DNA of 64,000 nucleotides from an uncultured Planctomycetota bacterium. GTDB taxonomy: Bacteria; Planctomycetota; Planctomycetia; Isosphaerales; Isosphaeraceae. Numbering within the stretch: the first letter of the stretch is position 1; each line of letters begins with the position of its first letter. The notes under the pieces are model-generated. The model worked only from the letters and a program-made list of their open reading frames with translations, searched no databases and had not been told where the DNA came from. Shown here piece after piece: positions 19,746 to 29,783 of this stretch. Both the position numbers and the translations under genes were made by a program. The DNA is taken from NCBI GenBank assembly GCA_963845755.1, contig CAWJTV010000034.1, positions 640,001 through 704,000 of the forward strand, in the 5' to 3' direction.

Positions 19746-22225
19746 TTTACGAACAGGAATTCATTGCTATTCAGGATGATGCGGCAGAGATTCACCAGGC
19801 CGTATCGTGCCGCGTAGTTCGACAGCAGGACGACCTCTTGGGACGTGGGCTCGCGGCAATAGGCCAACTCGAAGGCGGTCTTGATCCGTGCCGGGACGTT
19901 CGGCGCGAGCGACTCCAGCCGTCGGGCGAAGTGCTCGCACTGGCGGAGGACGAACGGGTCGTTGAGTAGGGCCAGGGCCTGGAGCGGTGTTGTCAACTCG
20001 TTGCGAACGGCGGTCAATTGGGAGGCGTCCGCGGCGTCGAGGGCGTCGTAGAACGGGTCGGGCAGCGTTCGGAATAAGAAGCGGTAGACGCTCCGCCGTG
20101 ACGCGCCCGGGCTGCTCCAATCGTATCGGGTGTAGTCGACCACCGGAGTGACATGCACGCCCGGACCGAGCGTGAATTGTTGGACCGAGGGCCCGCCCAT
20201 GGTGGTCTCGAGCTGTCCGGCGACGCGCAGGATCGCGTCATGGACCGATTCGGCGTCGAGTCGTCGGCGCTGCTGGCGCCAGAGCAACCGATTGTCACTA
20301 TCTACGGCGGCCGTCGTTGGATCATCGCGGGTTTCCTGCCGGTAGCCCGCTGAGGTGACGATCAAACGATGGAGCACTTTGAGCGAGCCGCCGGAATCCC
20401 GAAACGTCGCGGCCAACCAGTCGAGCAGCTCGGGATGGGATGGCGTATCCCCCATCCGTCCGAAGTCGTTGGGCGTCGCCACGATCCCCCGGTCGAAGTG
20501 ATCGTGCCAGACTCGGTTGACGATCGAACGCCATGTCAGCGGATTCTTCGTCTCGGTGAGCCATCGCGCCAGCGCCGCACGACGGGCGGATTCCTCCTGA
20601 CCAGTTGCGGATGCGAACCGCGCGGGTAGCCCGGCCACGCAGGTCAGAGAGCCGGGAGCGGCGGTCTCTCCCGGCTGATGGATATCGCCGCGGCGCAACA
20701 TGTGAACCGGTCGCGGACTGCCCGGCGGCTTGTGGCCGGCATCCGGGGCGAACTCGCTCGCCGCGGCGAAGACCAGCCGCTGAGGCGGCAGCGCCGATAG
20801 TTCGGCCCCCAGCCAGGCCGAGAGTGAAGGATCGCGTCCTTGAGCCTGCTTGAGTTCCGAGGCCAACGCAAGACGCAGCCGCGCCACTGTCGGCTCGGTA
20901 TCGTAGGCCCGTTCCGCCTTGTCAACGCCAGCGAAGACCGCCTGGAGGCTGTAATAATCCTCCTGTGTGATCGGGTCGAACTTGTGGTCGTGGCATCGGG
21001 CACAGTGAACCGTGGCGCTGACGAATGTCGACATCACGGTGCTGACCATGTCGTCGCGGTCGATGTAGTAACCGATCTGGCGATCGATGCTGTCGTCGCG
21101 GATGTCGCGGAGCGAGCTCTCGTCCCAGGGGCCTGCGGCGATCATGCCCAGGGCGACGACGAGCCCCGGCTCGTCGGGGAACAGGGCGTCGGCGGCGACC
21201 TGCTCCTGGACGAATCGCGGATAGGGCGTGTCGTGGTTGAAGGCCGCGATCAGGTAGTCGCGATAGGGCCAGGCATGCGGCCGGATACGGTCCTGGTCGT
21301 GCCCGTGGGTCTCGGCGAAGTGGACCACGTCCATCCAGTGCCGCGCCCAACGCTCGCCGTAGTGAGGACTCGCCAGTAGCCGATCGACGAGCCGCTCGTA
21401 CGCGTCGGGATTCGGGTCGTCGAGGAACTGCGCGACCTCGTCTGGTGTCGGAGGCAGCCCGATCAGGTCAAACGTGAGCCGGCGGATTAGGGTGCGTCGG
21501 TCGGCCTCACGCGAGGGTCGCAGGCCCTTCTCCGCCAGCTTGGCCAGGATGAAAGGGTCGATCGGAGTGTGCGCCCATCCGGCCATTGCGGGCTCGACCG
21601 GCGGTATGGCTGGCCTTCGGATCGGCCGGAGCGACCACCAATCGCGAGCCTCGCTGGGCTTCGTCGCCAGATTGCCTCTCCTATCGCGCGGGTCGGGTGC
21701 ACCTATCTCGATCCATCGGCGGAAGTCGGCGATGACCGCGGCGGAGAGCTTTCCCTTCGGCGGCATGGGCTCATAGCCGTCGGCGGCCGTGATCGCGAGG
21801 AGCAGGATGCTCGCCTCCGTATCGCCCGGGACGACGGCAGGACCCGAGGTGCCACCCTTGCGAATCCCCTCGCGCGTATCCAGACGCAGGTGCCCTTTGG
21901 GCTTCGCGAGCGAGCTGGCATGACACTCCTGGCACCGTTCGACCAGCACAGGGCGGATCTTGCTCTCGAAAAAGGCAATTCCCGCCGCGTCATCGGCGGC
22001 CGAAGCGGCCCGCGGCAGGATCGCCAGCAAGACGAGCGAGATCGACAGGAAATCTCCGACACAGGACGCGATCATCGGACTCGCCCGGTTCCCCAGTCTA
22101 TCGAAAGGTGATCGCTTCATCCGTGCCGGGCCTCCGTCACATTTCGGATCAGGCTCCCGTCCAGGTCGCTGAGACTTTGACGGTTTGGACCGAGCCATGA
22201 CCTTCTCGGTTCGAGTCCTGATCAC
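19742..22225 (-). CDS. planctomycete cytochrome c + DUF1549/DUF1553 (PSD1) protein
   Basis: FFESKIRPVLVERCQECH, YGERWARHWMDV, CARCHDHKFDPI, PSHPELLDWLA, TPLQALALLN; start uncertain. Confidence 0.93.
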   Translation of the reverse strand: MIRTRTEKVMARSKPSKSQRPGREPDPKCDGGPARMKRSPFDRLGNRASPMIASCVGDFLSISLVLLAILPRAASAADDAAGIAFFESKIRPVLVERCQECHASSLAKPKGHLRLDTREGIRKGGTSGPAVVPGDTEASILLLAITAADGYEPMPPKGKLSAAVIADFRRWIEIGAPDPRDRRGNLATKPSEARDWWSLRPIRRPAIPPVEPAMAGWAHTPIDPFILAKLAEKGLRPSREADRRTLIRRLTFDLIGLPPTPDEVAQFLDDPNPDAYERLVDRLLASPHYGERWARHWMDVVHFAETHGHDQDRIRPHAWPYRDYLIAAFNHDTPYPRFVQEQVAADALFPDEPGLVVALGMIAAGPWDESSLRDIRDDSIDRQIGYYIDRDDMVSTVMSTFVSATVHCARCHDHKFDPITQEDYYSLQAVFAGVDKAERAYDTEPTVARLRLALASELKQAQGRDPSLSAWLGAELSALPPQRLVFAAASEFAPDAGHKPPGSPRPVHMLRRGDIHQPGETAAPGSLTCVAGLPARFASATGQEESARRAALARWLTETKNPLTWRSIVNRVWHDHFDRGIVATPNDFGRMGDTPSHPELLDWLAATFRDSGGSLKVLHRLIVTSAGYRQETRDDPTTAAVDSDNRLLWRQQRRRLDAESVHDAILRVAGQLETTMGGPSVQQFTLGPGVHVTPVVDYTRYDWSSPGASRRSVYRFLFRTLPDPFYDALDAADASQLTAVRNELTTPLQALALLNDPFVLRQCEHFARRLESLAPNVPARIKTAFELAYCREPTSQEVVLLSNYAARYGLVNLCRIILNSNEFLFVN

Positions 22226-22456
22226 CAGGGATCGTCGTTTTGCTTGCGCAATGCGCGGGCGTTAAACAAGATTGTAACACAAGGCGCGACGATCTTGACT
22301 ACCTGACCTTTCCCGCGGTAGGTGGGAAGAGGGCACCCACGGATAGGCAACAATGGGCTGGCCACACCTCGATGCGACAGCCGTTGTCAGTTATGATCGT
22401 CTTGGTTCTCGTCGGCTGCAGAAGGAGAAAGTAGTCATCCTGATGGTGGCCGCCTG

Positions 22457-22739
22457 ATGCCAACGTCCCGTTCGCGACATTCGGATCGGATGGCGATGAT
22501 GATGACGTATCGGCGCGGGGGCCCTCATGGTGGTCATCGCGTTGAGGGTCGCAGGGCTGCCAGCCGGCGTGATTCACGGTCTCCTGGCGCCCGTGATCGT
22601 TTGGTTTATTTGTGTGATTCGGAGGACAGGGGAGCTTGGTGACAATCGGGCTCCCAGGCCCGTCGCGGTACGGACCCCGCCCAGGGCTGGGACAAGTCCC
22701 ACTCCTCATCCCCTCTGGGACCGCTGGCTTGATGGATGA
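22457..22739 (+). CDS. small membrane protein (probably frameshifted ~22505)
   Basis: Two hydrophobic segments and C-terminal HPLWDRWLDG; ATGA-coupled to the next gene. Confidence 0.45.
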
Positions 22740-23914
22740 TCATGAACATGGGGAAACGTGGGCAATCTGAGTTCGACGCCGCCAGTTACCGCCGGTCGCA
22801 TCGGTTTGCTGGAGAGCATCTGACCCGGCGGCAACTCCTCGCGGCCGCGATTCTTGGTGTCGGTGGCGTATCCGCCGCCTTCGCTTCGGCCAACGGCGCC
22901 GGGCCAGCTCCTGATCCCTGCCGCGACGACCTGGCCATCGACGACGCGACGGCATTACTGTATTCCGGCGAAGCTCCGCTGACACCGGCCGAAGGGCTGC
23001 GGGACGCGCAGGCGGTCTGGGCTCACGTGCCGGGTCGGCCGAAGCGATCGGTCCTGATCTACCTCCACGGACATAACGGCTATGTCACCGTCAACGCGGC
23101 GGGCCGCTCCCGCGTTCCGGACTGGGCCGTGCGCGACGAGTCCGCTCGTAAAGGGGCGTCGGCCAAGGAGGCGGCCCCGCTGGTCTACGGCCTGAACCGC
23201 CTGGGAGCGAGTCCCGCGGGCCAGGAACCCATCGTGCTCGTCCCGGAGGACAGCACGCTCGCCAGCGGCGCGTTCTGGGCGAAGGAGCCGGCCGGCCAGT
23301 ACGCCGACCCCGCGCGGCTCGGGAACCTGGTGGCCGACTCGCTGCGGCACCTGGCGTGTCTCTGCCGGCCCAACGGCCGCACGTATCTGCCAGAGGGCTT
23401 TGCCGGGCTCCGCACCCCCCCCGGTGCGAAGCCCGGTGTGGCGGCAGCACAGGCTCTGGACCGTGTCTACCTCTGCGGTCATTCCGGCGCGGGCCTGCCA
23501 CTGGAAGAGGCCGCTGGCTCGGCGCTGATCCTGCCCGATCGCGGCAATCCGGCCGACCTCTGGCTCTTCGACTGCACGTACTGGTCGAAGGTCGCGGGGT
23601 TCGTCCGTTTCTGCGACCGCTGGAAAGCGGCGAACCGACTGGCCGCCGGCCGACGCGATGCGGCCCGCTTCATCTGCATCTACCGACCGCGGACGCAGAC
23701 CGAGGAGGTCGCCGACGCCCTTCGCGCTGACATTGCCAGGATCCTCCGGGTCGAGCCCAAAGCGCTCGTCATGGACCACTCGCCGACTAACTTCGAAGGG
23801 GAGATCCGGCCCGCGCTGAGGACCTCGGGGGCCTTGTTCGTGCGCACTGAGATCCCGCATGACCAGATACCCACCTTTTTCATTCCGGCGCTGCTCGAGA
23901 CATCGTCGGCATGA
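22736..23914 (+). CDS. Tat-exported alpha/beta hydrolase-fold protein
   Basis: LTRRQLLAAA, IYLHGH, GHSGAG, LFDCTY, HDQIP. Confidence 0.75.
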   Translation: MIMNMGKRGQSEFDAASYRRSHRFAGEHLTRRQLLAAAILGVGGVSAAFASANGAGPAPDPCRDDLAIDDATALLYSGEAPLTPAEGLRDAQAVWAHVPGRPKRSVLIYLHGHNGYVTVNAAGRSRVPDWAVRDESARKGASAKEAAPLVYGLNRLGASPAGQEPIVLVPEDSTLASGAFWAKEPAGQYADPARLGNLVADSLRHLACLCRPNGRTYLPEGFAGLRTPPGAKPGVAAAQALDRVYLCGHSGAGLPLEEAAGSALILPDRGNPADLWLFDCTYWSKVAGFVRFCDRWKAANRLAAGRRDAARFICIYRPRTQTEEVADALRADIARILRVEPKALVMDHSPTNFEGEIRPALRTSGALFVRTEIPHDQIPTFFIPALLETSSA

Positions 23915-24233
23915 GTCTCGTCCGGTGCGATCCTCATCATAATGGCGCCCAACATCAACGCGAACTGGCAAGGCCGGCTTGATCCGCATCCCAGATCGGT
24001 GTTGCTCTGAAGCGACATATGAGGTTTCTCTGCGCCTCATGCGTCACCGCCTGCATGCCAGCGCGTTTAAGGAGAGGACGGACAGACAGCCCAATGCGGC
24101 TGTTCAAACCACACAACCTTACTTGTTGGACTCACAAAACCATGGTGCAGCGACTGACTTCTGGCGATCGACACCGCGGGGTCCTCTTGAGCCGCCGACA
24201 ATCCGCGGCGCGTGGAAAGGAGGGCTGAATCCC

Positions 24234-24548
24234 ATGGCACAGCCTCGCTTGATTCTTCCGCAGGCCGATTCCACCTGCGGGAAGTTATTCTATAGAGATC
24301 GTCAGACTGCCGACGCGCACCGCGTCGCGCTCGAAGTCTGGAATCGGGCCACGGGTCGAGTCCGCGAAGGATATCGGCTGGTGGTCTGCCGCTGCCGGCG
24401 TTGTGGAGGGTACCATGTTGGCCACAAATCCATCAGTACAAAGCCGATCGACGCCGATCCGCTCCCGGATCGAGAAAGTAACCTGGAGACATACCAACCC
24501 GAGGTACAAACCATAACCTGGCCAAGTACCCGACGATTCGGGACTTGA
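24234..24548 (+). CDS. small putative Zn-binding protein
   Basis: RBS AAGGAGG; CGKLFYRDR..CRRCGGYHVGH. Confidence 0.65.
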   Translation: MAQPRLILPQADSTCGKLFYRDRQTADAHRVALEVWNRATGRVREGYRLVVCRCRRCGGYHVGHKSISTKPIDADPLPDRESNLETYQPEVQTITWPSTRRFGT

Positions 24549-24565
24549 AGAATTGGTGTCGCCTC

Positions 24566-24625
24566 GTCGGTTGTCAGCGGTCCGCTGTCTGTTGTAAGCT
24601 GCCGGTATCTGGTCCTTGGTCCTTC
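24566..24625. repeat. degenerate 7-bp tandem repeats
   Basis: GTCGGTT GTCAGCG GTCCGCT GTCTGTT GTAAGCT GCCGGTA..GTCCTTG GTCCTTC. Confidence 0.5.
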
Positions 24626-24680
24626 GTGACATCGACGGCGGGAAGTCGGGACCAGCGACAACCGGAATCGAGCATGAGTG

Positions 24681-25474
24681 ATGAGTGACCAGACCCGCAT
24701 CGAGTGGACCGACGCGACCTGGAACCCGATCCGGGGGTGTTCGAAGATCAGCCCGGGATGCACTCATTGTTATGCCGAGACTTTCGCCGAACGGTTCCGC
24801 GGGGTTCCCGGCCATCCCTATGAGCAAGGCTTCGACCTCCGGACGATTCCCGAGAAGCTGGCCGATCCCTTGCGCTGGCGTGTGCCCCGGATGGTGTTCG
24901 TTAACTCGATGAGCGACCTGTTTCACCAGGACGTGTCTGACGATTACATCCGCAAAGTTGTCCATGTGATGCTAGTGGCCAACTGGCACACCTATCAGGT
25001 CCTGACCAAGCGTCGGTACGGATGCGCGAGTTACTGGAAACGCACCTCCGCGACGCCGCTGAGGCCACGCAGATCTGGTGGGGCGTGAGCGTCGAGAATC
25101 GGCGCGACGGCCTGCCGCGGATCGACGACCTCCGCGCGGCACCGGCACAGACCCGATTCCTCTCCGTCGAGCCTCTGCTCGAAGATCTTGGCCCGCTCGA
25201 CTTGACCGGGATTCACTGGGTCATCGTGGGAGGCGAGAGCGGACCCGGTTCCCGGCCGATGGATGCGGAGTGGGTCACTTCGATCCGAGACCAGTGTCGG
25301 ACGGCCGGCGTCCCCTTCTTCTTCAAGCAGTGGGGCGGGACGCGCAAGGGGAAGGCCGGTCGCGCGCTCGACGGACAGACCTACGACGAGAAGCCCCCGA
25401 GGACGATCCCTCCCACTCCTGATGACGCGTTCCGACGATCCTTGCTAGCCGAGGTCGATGCGAGCAACCCATGA
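24681..25474 (+). CDS. DUF5131 / phage Gp37-Gp68 family radical-SAM-like protein; frameshift ~25015
   Basis: IEWTDATWNPIRGCSKISPGCTHCYAE, FVNSMSDLFH, LTKR; WWGVSVE, FLSVEPLL, WVIVGGESG, FFFKQWGG. Confidence 0.92.
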
Positions 25475-26118
25475 GCCTCTCCTTCCGTTGCACGCGGTGT
25501 GGCAAGGCTTACTCCGTGGCCAGCCAACCTGCCGGCCGGAAGGCACGGTGCCACGAATGCGAACTGGTCCAGAACATCCCGGTGCTCACCGAGCCCTCGA
25601 CGGACTCCCCATTCGAACGGGGCGACAATGTTTACTCGCTTGCCGCCGTGTCGCCCACGACGCCCGCGATGCCGGAGTCGGCCCTCAGCGTTTCCTCTAT
25701 CGAAGACCGCCCGGGATCAACCGGGGCGGTGGCGGCTCAACGGCCCCCCGCCGGCCGTTGGCGACGAGTGCTGCGCGACTTCGCGGTCGAATCGAGCTTC
25801 CTCGAACAGGAGATCCTCCTGCTGGTCGCACTGAGCGCGGCCGACCTTCTCGTAACCTATGCCCTGCTCCGGCAAGGTCCCTCGTTCTACGAGGCTAACC
25901 CGTTCGCCCAATGGGTCTTTCAGCGCTGGAACATCGCCGGGATGACGCTGTTCAAGTTCGGAGTGATCGGCGGCGTCATCGTCATCGGCGAGGTGGCCGA
26001 GCGCCGGCGTCCCGGGCTGGGACGCGCCCTGATGGCTGTGAGCTGCGTGGCCACGGCGGCCGTCGTCGCCTATGGCCTGCGGCTACTGCTGGGATTCGGA
26101 GGTCACGTCGGGACGTGA
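25471..26118 (+). CDS. Zn-ribbon + DUF5658-like membrane protein
   Basis: CTRCGK..CHEC; ADLLVTYALL..YEANPFA..FKFG; three TM segments. Confidence 0.7.
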   Translation: MSLSFRCTRCGKAYSVASQPAGRKARCHECELVQNIPVLTEPSTDSPFERGDNVYSLAAVSPTTPAMPESALSVSSIEDRPGSTGAVAAQRPPAGRWRRVLRDFAVESSFLEQEILLLVALSAADLLVTYALLRQGPSFYEANPFAQWVFQRWNIAGMTLFKFGVIGGVIVIGEVAERRRPGLGRALMAVSCVATAAVVAYGLRLLLGFGGHVGT

Positions 26119-26200
26119 TTTCGTATGCATGAGATCTCTGTGATGAGGCTATTGCTGCGTTAGGCGCAAGCACTCATCTTAGCCATGGGCCATCCCGTCT

Positions 26201-27883
26201 TCAGACCGACACCAAGTCCTGTCCCTGTCCGTCGACCAGCGAGAGTAGGAGCGAGCGGTTCTTGTCGCGGGACTCGCCGATGGCGGTGACATACACGGCC
26301 GGGTCGTCCTTGACGGGGCATTCGTGTTCGCAGATGCCGCAGCCGATGCACTTGTCCGCGTCGATGTACGGCTGCTTGAGCTCGATGGTGGCGCCCCAGC
26401 GATTGATGGTCTCGACATTGCGGGTGAAGATCGCCTTGGGGCTGACCGGGCAGACCTCCTCGCAGACCACGCAACTGGTGTCCATCGCCCAGGGGAGGCA
26501 GCGGCCTCGATTGTAGAACGCCGTCCCGGTCTTGATCGGCCCCTTGCCTTCGAACGGACCGTTGCCGAGCTTCTCGGCGATCGAGATCTCCCGGATGGCG
26601 CCGGTCGGGCAGACCTGACTGCACAGCGTGCAGTTCAGCTCGCACCAGCCCATCTTCGAGATCATGATCGGGGTCCAGAGGCCCTCCAGGCCGGCCTCGA
26701 ACAGCGCGGGCTGGAGGACGTTGGTCGGGCAGACGCGGATACACTGGTCGCACTTGATGCAGCGGCGGAGGAACTCATCCTCGGCGACCGAGCCGGGAGG
26801 CCGGATCACGGCGCGGTTGAAGTTCTTGCGCACCCCGCCCGAGAGCCGGGCCATCGGGAAGAACAGCAACCCGAAAAGGCCCGCGAGCACCAGTTGGCGA
26901 CGGCCGACGGCCGGATATGGCACCTCGCTGGCCTTGCGGGGCAGGAACCGGAACGACAGGGCGTCGTGCGGGCAGTCCTCGATGCAGTTGAGGCAGACGA
27001 AGCACTCGCTCTTGCGCAGGTCACCCTGCGGGTCGGACGCCCCTTCGCAGCTCTTGAGGCAGAGGTCGCAGTCGGTACAGCGCACCGGGTCGCGGTCGAT
27101 CCGCCAGAGCGCGAACCGGCTGAAGATCCCCAGCAACGCTCCCAGCGGGCAGATCGCGCGGCAGAAGAACCGCGGGATCCACCAATTGGCTACGAGGAAG
27201 CCGATGAAGATCAGCCCGACGATCCAGGCCTGCCAGTATTCGCGGGGCTCGGTGTAGATGCTCTCGGTCACGTTGTGCACCGTCGGTAGGACGCTCGTCG
27301 TCATCGAGCGGACCGTCAGCGCAATCGGGTCCAGCAGGCCGATCTGGAGCGAGCTGTTGCCCCGCTTGTGCTCCTCGGCGGCGCGGGAGATACCCGTCTC
27401 GATCGCGGCGAAGACGCGCGACACCCCGGTCTGTCGCAATTCTACCCCGCGGTAGGCGTGCCAGATCTCGCCCGGCGCGGCGAGGGTCGTCGGGATGATC
27501 CAGAGGGCCGCCATCGCGATCATTACCGCCAGAATATAATATTTGAGTGCGTAGATTTTACGATAGCGGTTGACCTCGATCATCTGCTTGGTATTGCGCC
27601 GGTTGCCGATCCAGCCGAAGAAGTGGTGCAGGATGCCGAACGGGCACATCCAGTTGCACCAGACCCGGCCCAGCATCATGGTCACCGCGATGATCACCAG
27701 GCCCCAGACCAGGTTGCGGTAGATCGTATGAGTCGTCAGCGCCGTGGCGACGGCCACCAAGGGAGTGGCTTCCAGGAACAACGACACCGGCCATCCCTTG
27801 AGGTACCGCAGGTCGGTGATCACGAGGAAAAACAGGAAGAGTCCCAGGAACAGCGCTTCATATACGCGGCGGATCTTAACCAT
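26201..27883 (-). CDS. membrane polyferredoxin (NapH/MauN-like fused to NapG/MauM-like 4Fe-4S domain)
   Basis: GRVWCNWMCPFG, RFFCRAICPLGA, RPPGS..FLRRCIKCDQC..CP, multiple CxxCxxCxxxCP. Confidence 0.9.
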   Translation of the reverse strand: MVKIRRVYEALFLGLFLFFLVITDLRYLKGWPVSLFLEATPLVAVATALTTHTIYRNLVWGLVIIAVTMMLGRVWCNWMCPFGILHHFFGWIGNRRNTKQMIEVNRYRKIYALKYYILAVMIAMAALWIIPTTLAAPGEIWHAYRGVELRQTGVSRVFAAIETGISRAAEEHKRGNSSLQIGLLDPIALTVRSMTTSVLPTVHNVTESIYTEPREYWQAWIVGLIFIGFLVANWWIPRFFCRAICPLGALLGIFSRFALWRIDRDPVRCTDCDLCLKSCEGASDPQGDLRKSECFVCLNCIEDCPHDALSFRFLPRKASEVPYPAVGRRQLVLAGLFGLLFFPMARLSGGVRKNFNRAVIRPPGSVAEDEFLRRCIKCDQCIRVCPTNVLQPALFEAGLEGLWTPIMISKMGWCELNCTLCSQVCPTGAIREISIAEKLGNGPFEGKGPIKTGTAFYNRGRCLPWAMDTSCVVCEEVCPVSPKAIFTRNVETINRWGATIELKQPYIDADKCIGCGICEHECPVKDDPAVYVTAIGESRDKNRSLLLSLVDGQGQDLVSV

Positions 27884-27970
27884 TGGTCCCTCCGGCGGGG
27901 GGCGTTGAAATTCGGCTGGGCGGCAGGCTGATCATGTACTCGAGGGTCTTAAGATCATAATCGTGAACTA

Positions 27971-28633
27971 TTAGTGTCCAACACGTCGAGTCGCGTTCGA
28001 TCGATCGAACAGGATCCGCTTCAGGTCGAGCACAAATCCCGGCAGGACGTCCTCGCCGGAGAGGGTCGTCGGCTTGTCGAGTTTTTCGACGGGACGGCCG
28101 GGTCGATAGATTTCGACGGTTCGGCCCCTGGGATCGATGAGCCAGCCGAGCCGGATACCCTGGGCGACGTACTCATCCATCTTTTCCTTCAGTTTGCTCA
28201 TGTCATCGCTCTTTGACCTCAGCTCAACGACGAAATCGGGGCAGATGTGCGCAAACTTTTCTCGTTCAACCTTGGGCAGGGCGTCCCAGCGTTCTTTGGT
28301 CATCCAGGAGGCGTCGGGTCCGCGGATCGCCGTGTTGGGGAGCGTAAAGCCTACGGATGAATCGAAGACGGTTCCCAGTCCCGAGTGCTGGTTCCAGTGC
28401 CAGAGCTGCCCAGTGAGGCTCGTGTTCCGTTGGCTGCTGTCCGGTCCGGCCGGTGGCATGACGATCAGCTCTCCGTTCGCCTTTCGTTCCAGCCACAGAT
28501 TGGGATTGGCCTGGCAGAGCCGCCAGAAGGCGCGATCGGAAACGCGCAAACCCTTCGGGACGACGAGCGGTATCGTCGCTTGCCGCCTGCGGCTGGTCCC
28601 TCGCGCTTCTGGATCCCGCACCGACTGGCTCAT
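27971..28633 (-). CDS. Uma2 (DUF820) family endonuclease
   Basis: LERKANGELIVMPP, FDSSVGFTLP, PDASW, CPDFVVELRS, GWLIDP, LPGFVLDL; ATG overlaps the DUF362 stop. Confidence 0.9.
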   Translation of the reverse strand: MSQSVRDPEARGTSRRRQATIPLVVPKGLRVSDRAFWRLCQANPNLWLERKANGELIVMPPAGPDSSQRNTSLTGQLWHWNQHSGLGTVFDSSVGFTLPNTAIRGPDASWMTKERWDALPKVEREKFAHICPDFVVELRSKSDDMSKLKEKMDEYVAQGIRLGWLIDPRGRTVEIYRPGRPVEKLDKPTTLSGEDVLPGFVLDLKRILFDRSNATRRVGH

Positions 28634-29728
28634 ACCGTGATCTCCTGCGTCCAGTTGGGCCGCCAGTCCAGGCCGAGTCCGCGCTTGATCACCTTGTCGA
28701 GGTAGATGATCTGGTCGCGGGGCTTCTCCAGCAGCTTGGTGACGCACCAGCTATCGACCGACGTATGATCGGTGCCGATGACCATCGTGTCGCCCCGCTT
28801 GACGTCGTTGAGGCTGCCGCCGGTCGGCCCGTTGCGCATCAGGAGCTTCCGGCCGTCGGCGATGACCAGCGTGGGTTTCATCATCAGCGCGAAGTCGGAG
28901 ATGATCCCGTGGATGTTCTGGTGGAACTGGTTGCGGGGGTTGCCCAGCAGTCCGTACCAGTTCTTCATCGTGACGGTCGCCTTGCAGAGGTTGTGGTCCT
29001 TGACCGGCGAGATGCCGATGACCTTGGTCGCCTCGCGGAACGGGCGGTAGAACATCCGCCACGTGTTGGTGATCGTCTCGCCGCCGACGTAGAGCGTCTC
29101 GAAATAACTGTCCTTGGGCAGCATCAACTCGGCCGGCGCGGACGGCCGCCTCGCCGACCTTGGTCTTGTAGAAGCAGCTCTCGGGATTATTGATCGGGTT
29201 ATCCGCGACGATGACCTTCCGTGCCCCGGCGCCGAAACAGAGGCGGGTCACCGCGGCGACGGTGTCGGGCTGGGTCGTGGCGGCGAGATCAGGGTTTTTA
29301 TCGAAGGCGACGTTCGGCTTGATGACGACCACGTCGCCTTTTTCGATGAAGTGGCCGACGCCGCCCATCGTGTCGAGAGCCGCCTTGACCATCGAGAAGG
29401 CTTGTGCCTCGCGGGCCTTCAGCTCTTCCTCCTTGGACGTGTGGTCCTCGGCGCGGACTGGCTGGGAGCGGACCACGACCAGGCTGGGCCGACCGACTGG
29501 CAGCGTGACCGAGTAGTTCTTCAGCCGCACCGGCGGCGGCGGCTTGACTCCTTCCATCCCCCAACGGTCGCGGAGCAACAGGCCCGCTCCGACCGCACCG
29601 CCGGTTACCAGCGCAAAACCGCCAACTTGCGCGGCGAATTGACGGCGGGAGAAGCGCTCATCCGCCGGGTTCACCCCGCCGAACCTCTCCAGGTTCTTCT
29701 GCTGAGTCCGGGTCAGTTTATCGGCCAT
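28630..29728 (-). CDS. DUF362 domain protein with twin-arginine signal; frameshift ~29135
   Basis: FSRRQF; GDVVVIKPNV, ATTQP, PVKDH, TMKNWYG, RNQFH, NGPTGG. Confidence 0.88.
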
Positions 29729-29783
29729 CGTGGACCTCGGTTCGGGATAGAGGAAGTTTGCGGCTTTCTTGACCGGGGCGGCC

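Noticed and set aside
24681..25474. Prophage
   Set aside because: The Gp37/Gp68 label alone is insufficient; no structural, terminase or integrase genes.
26201..27883. napGH/mauMN gene symbols
   Set aside because: Fusion protein without nap or mau catalytic genes; orthology is unsupported.
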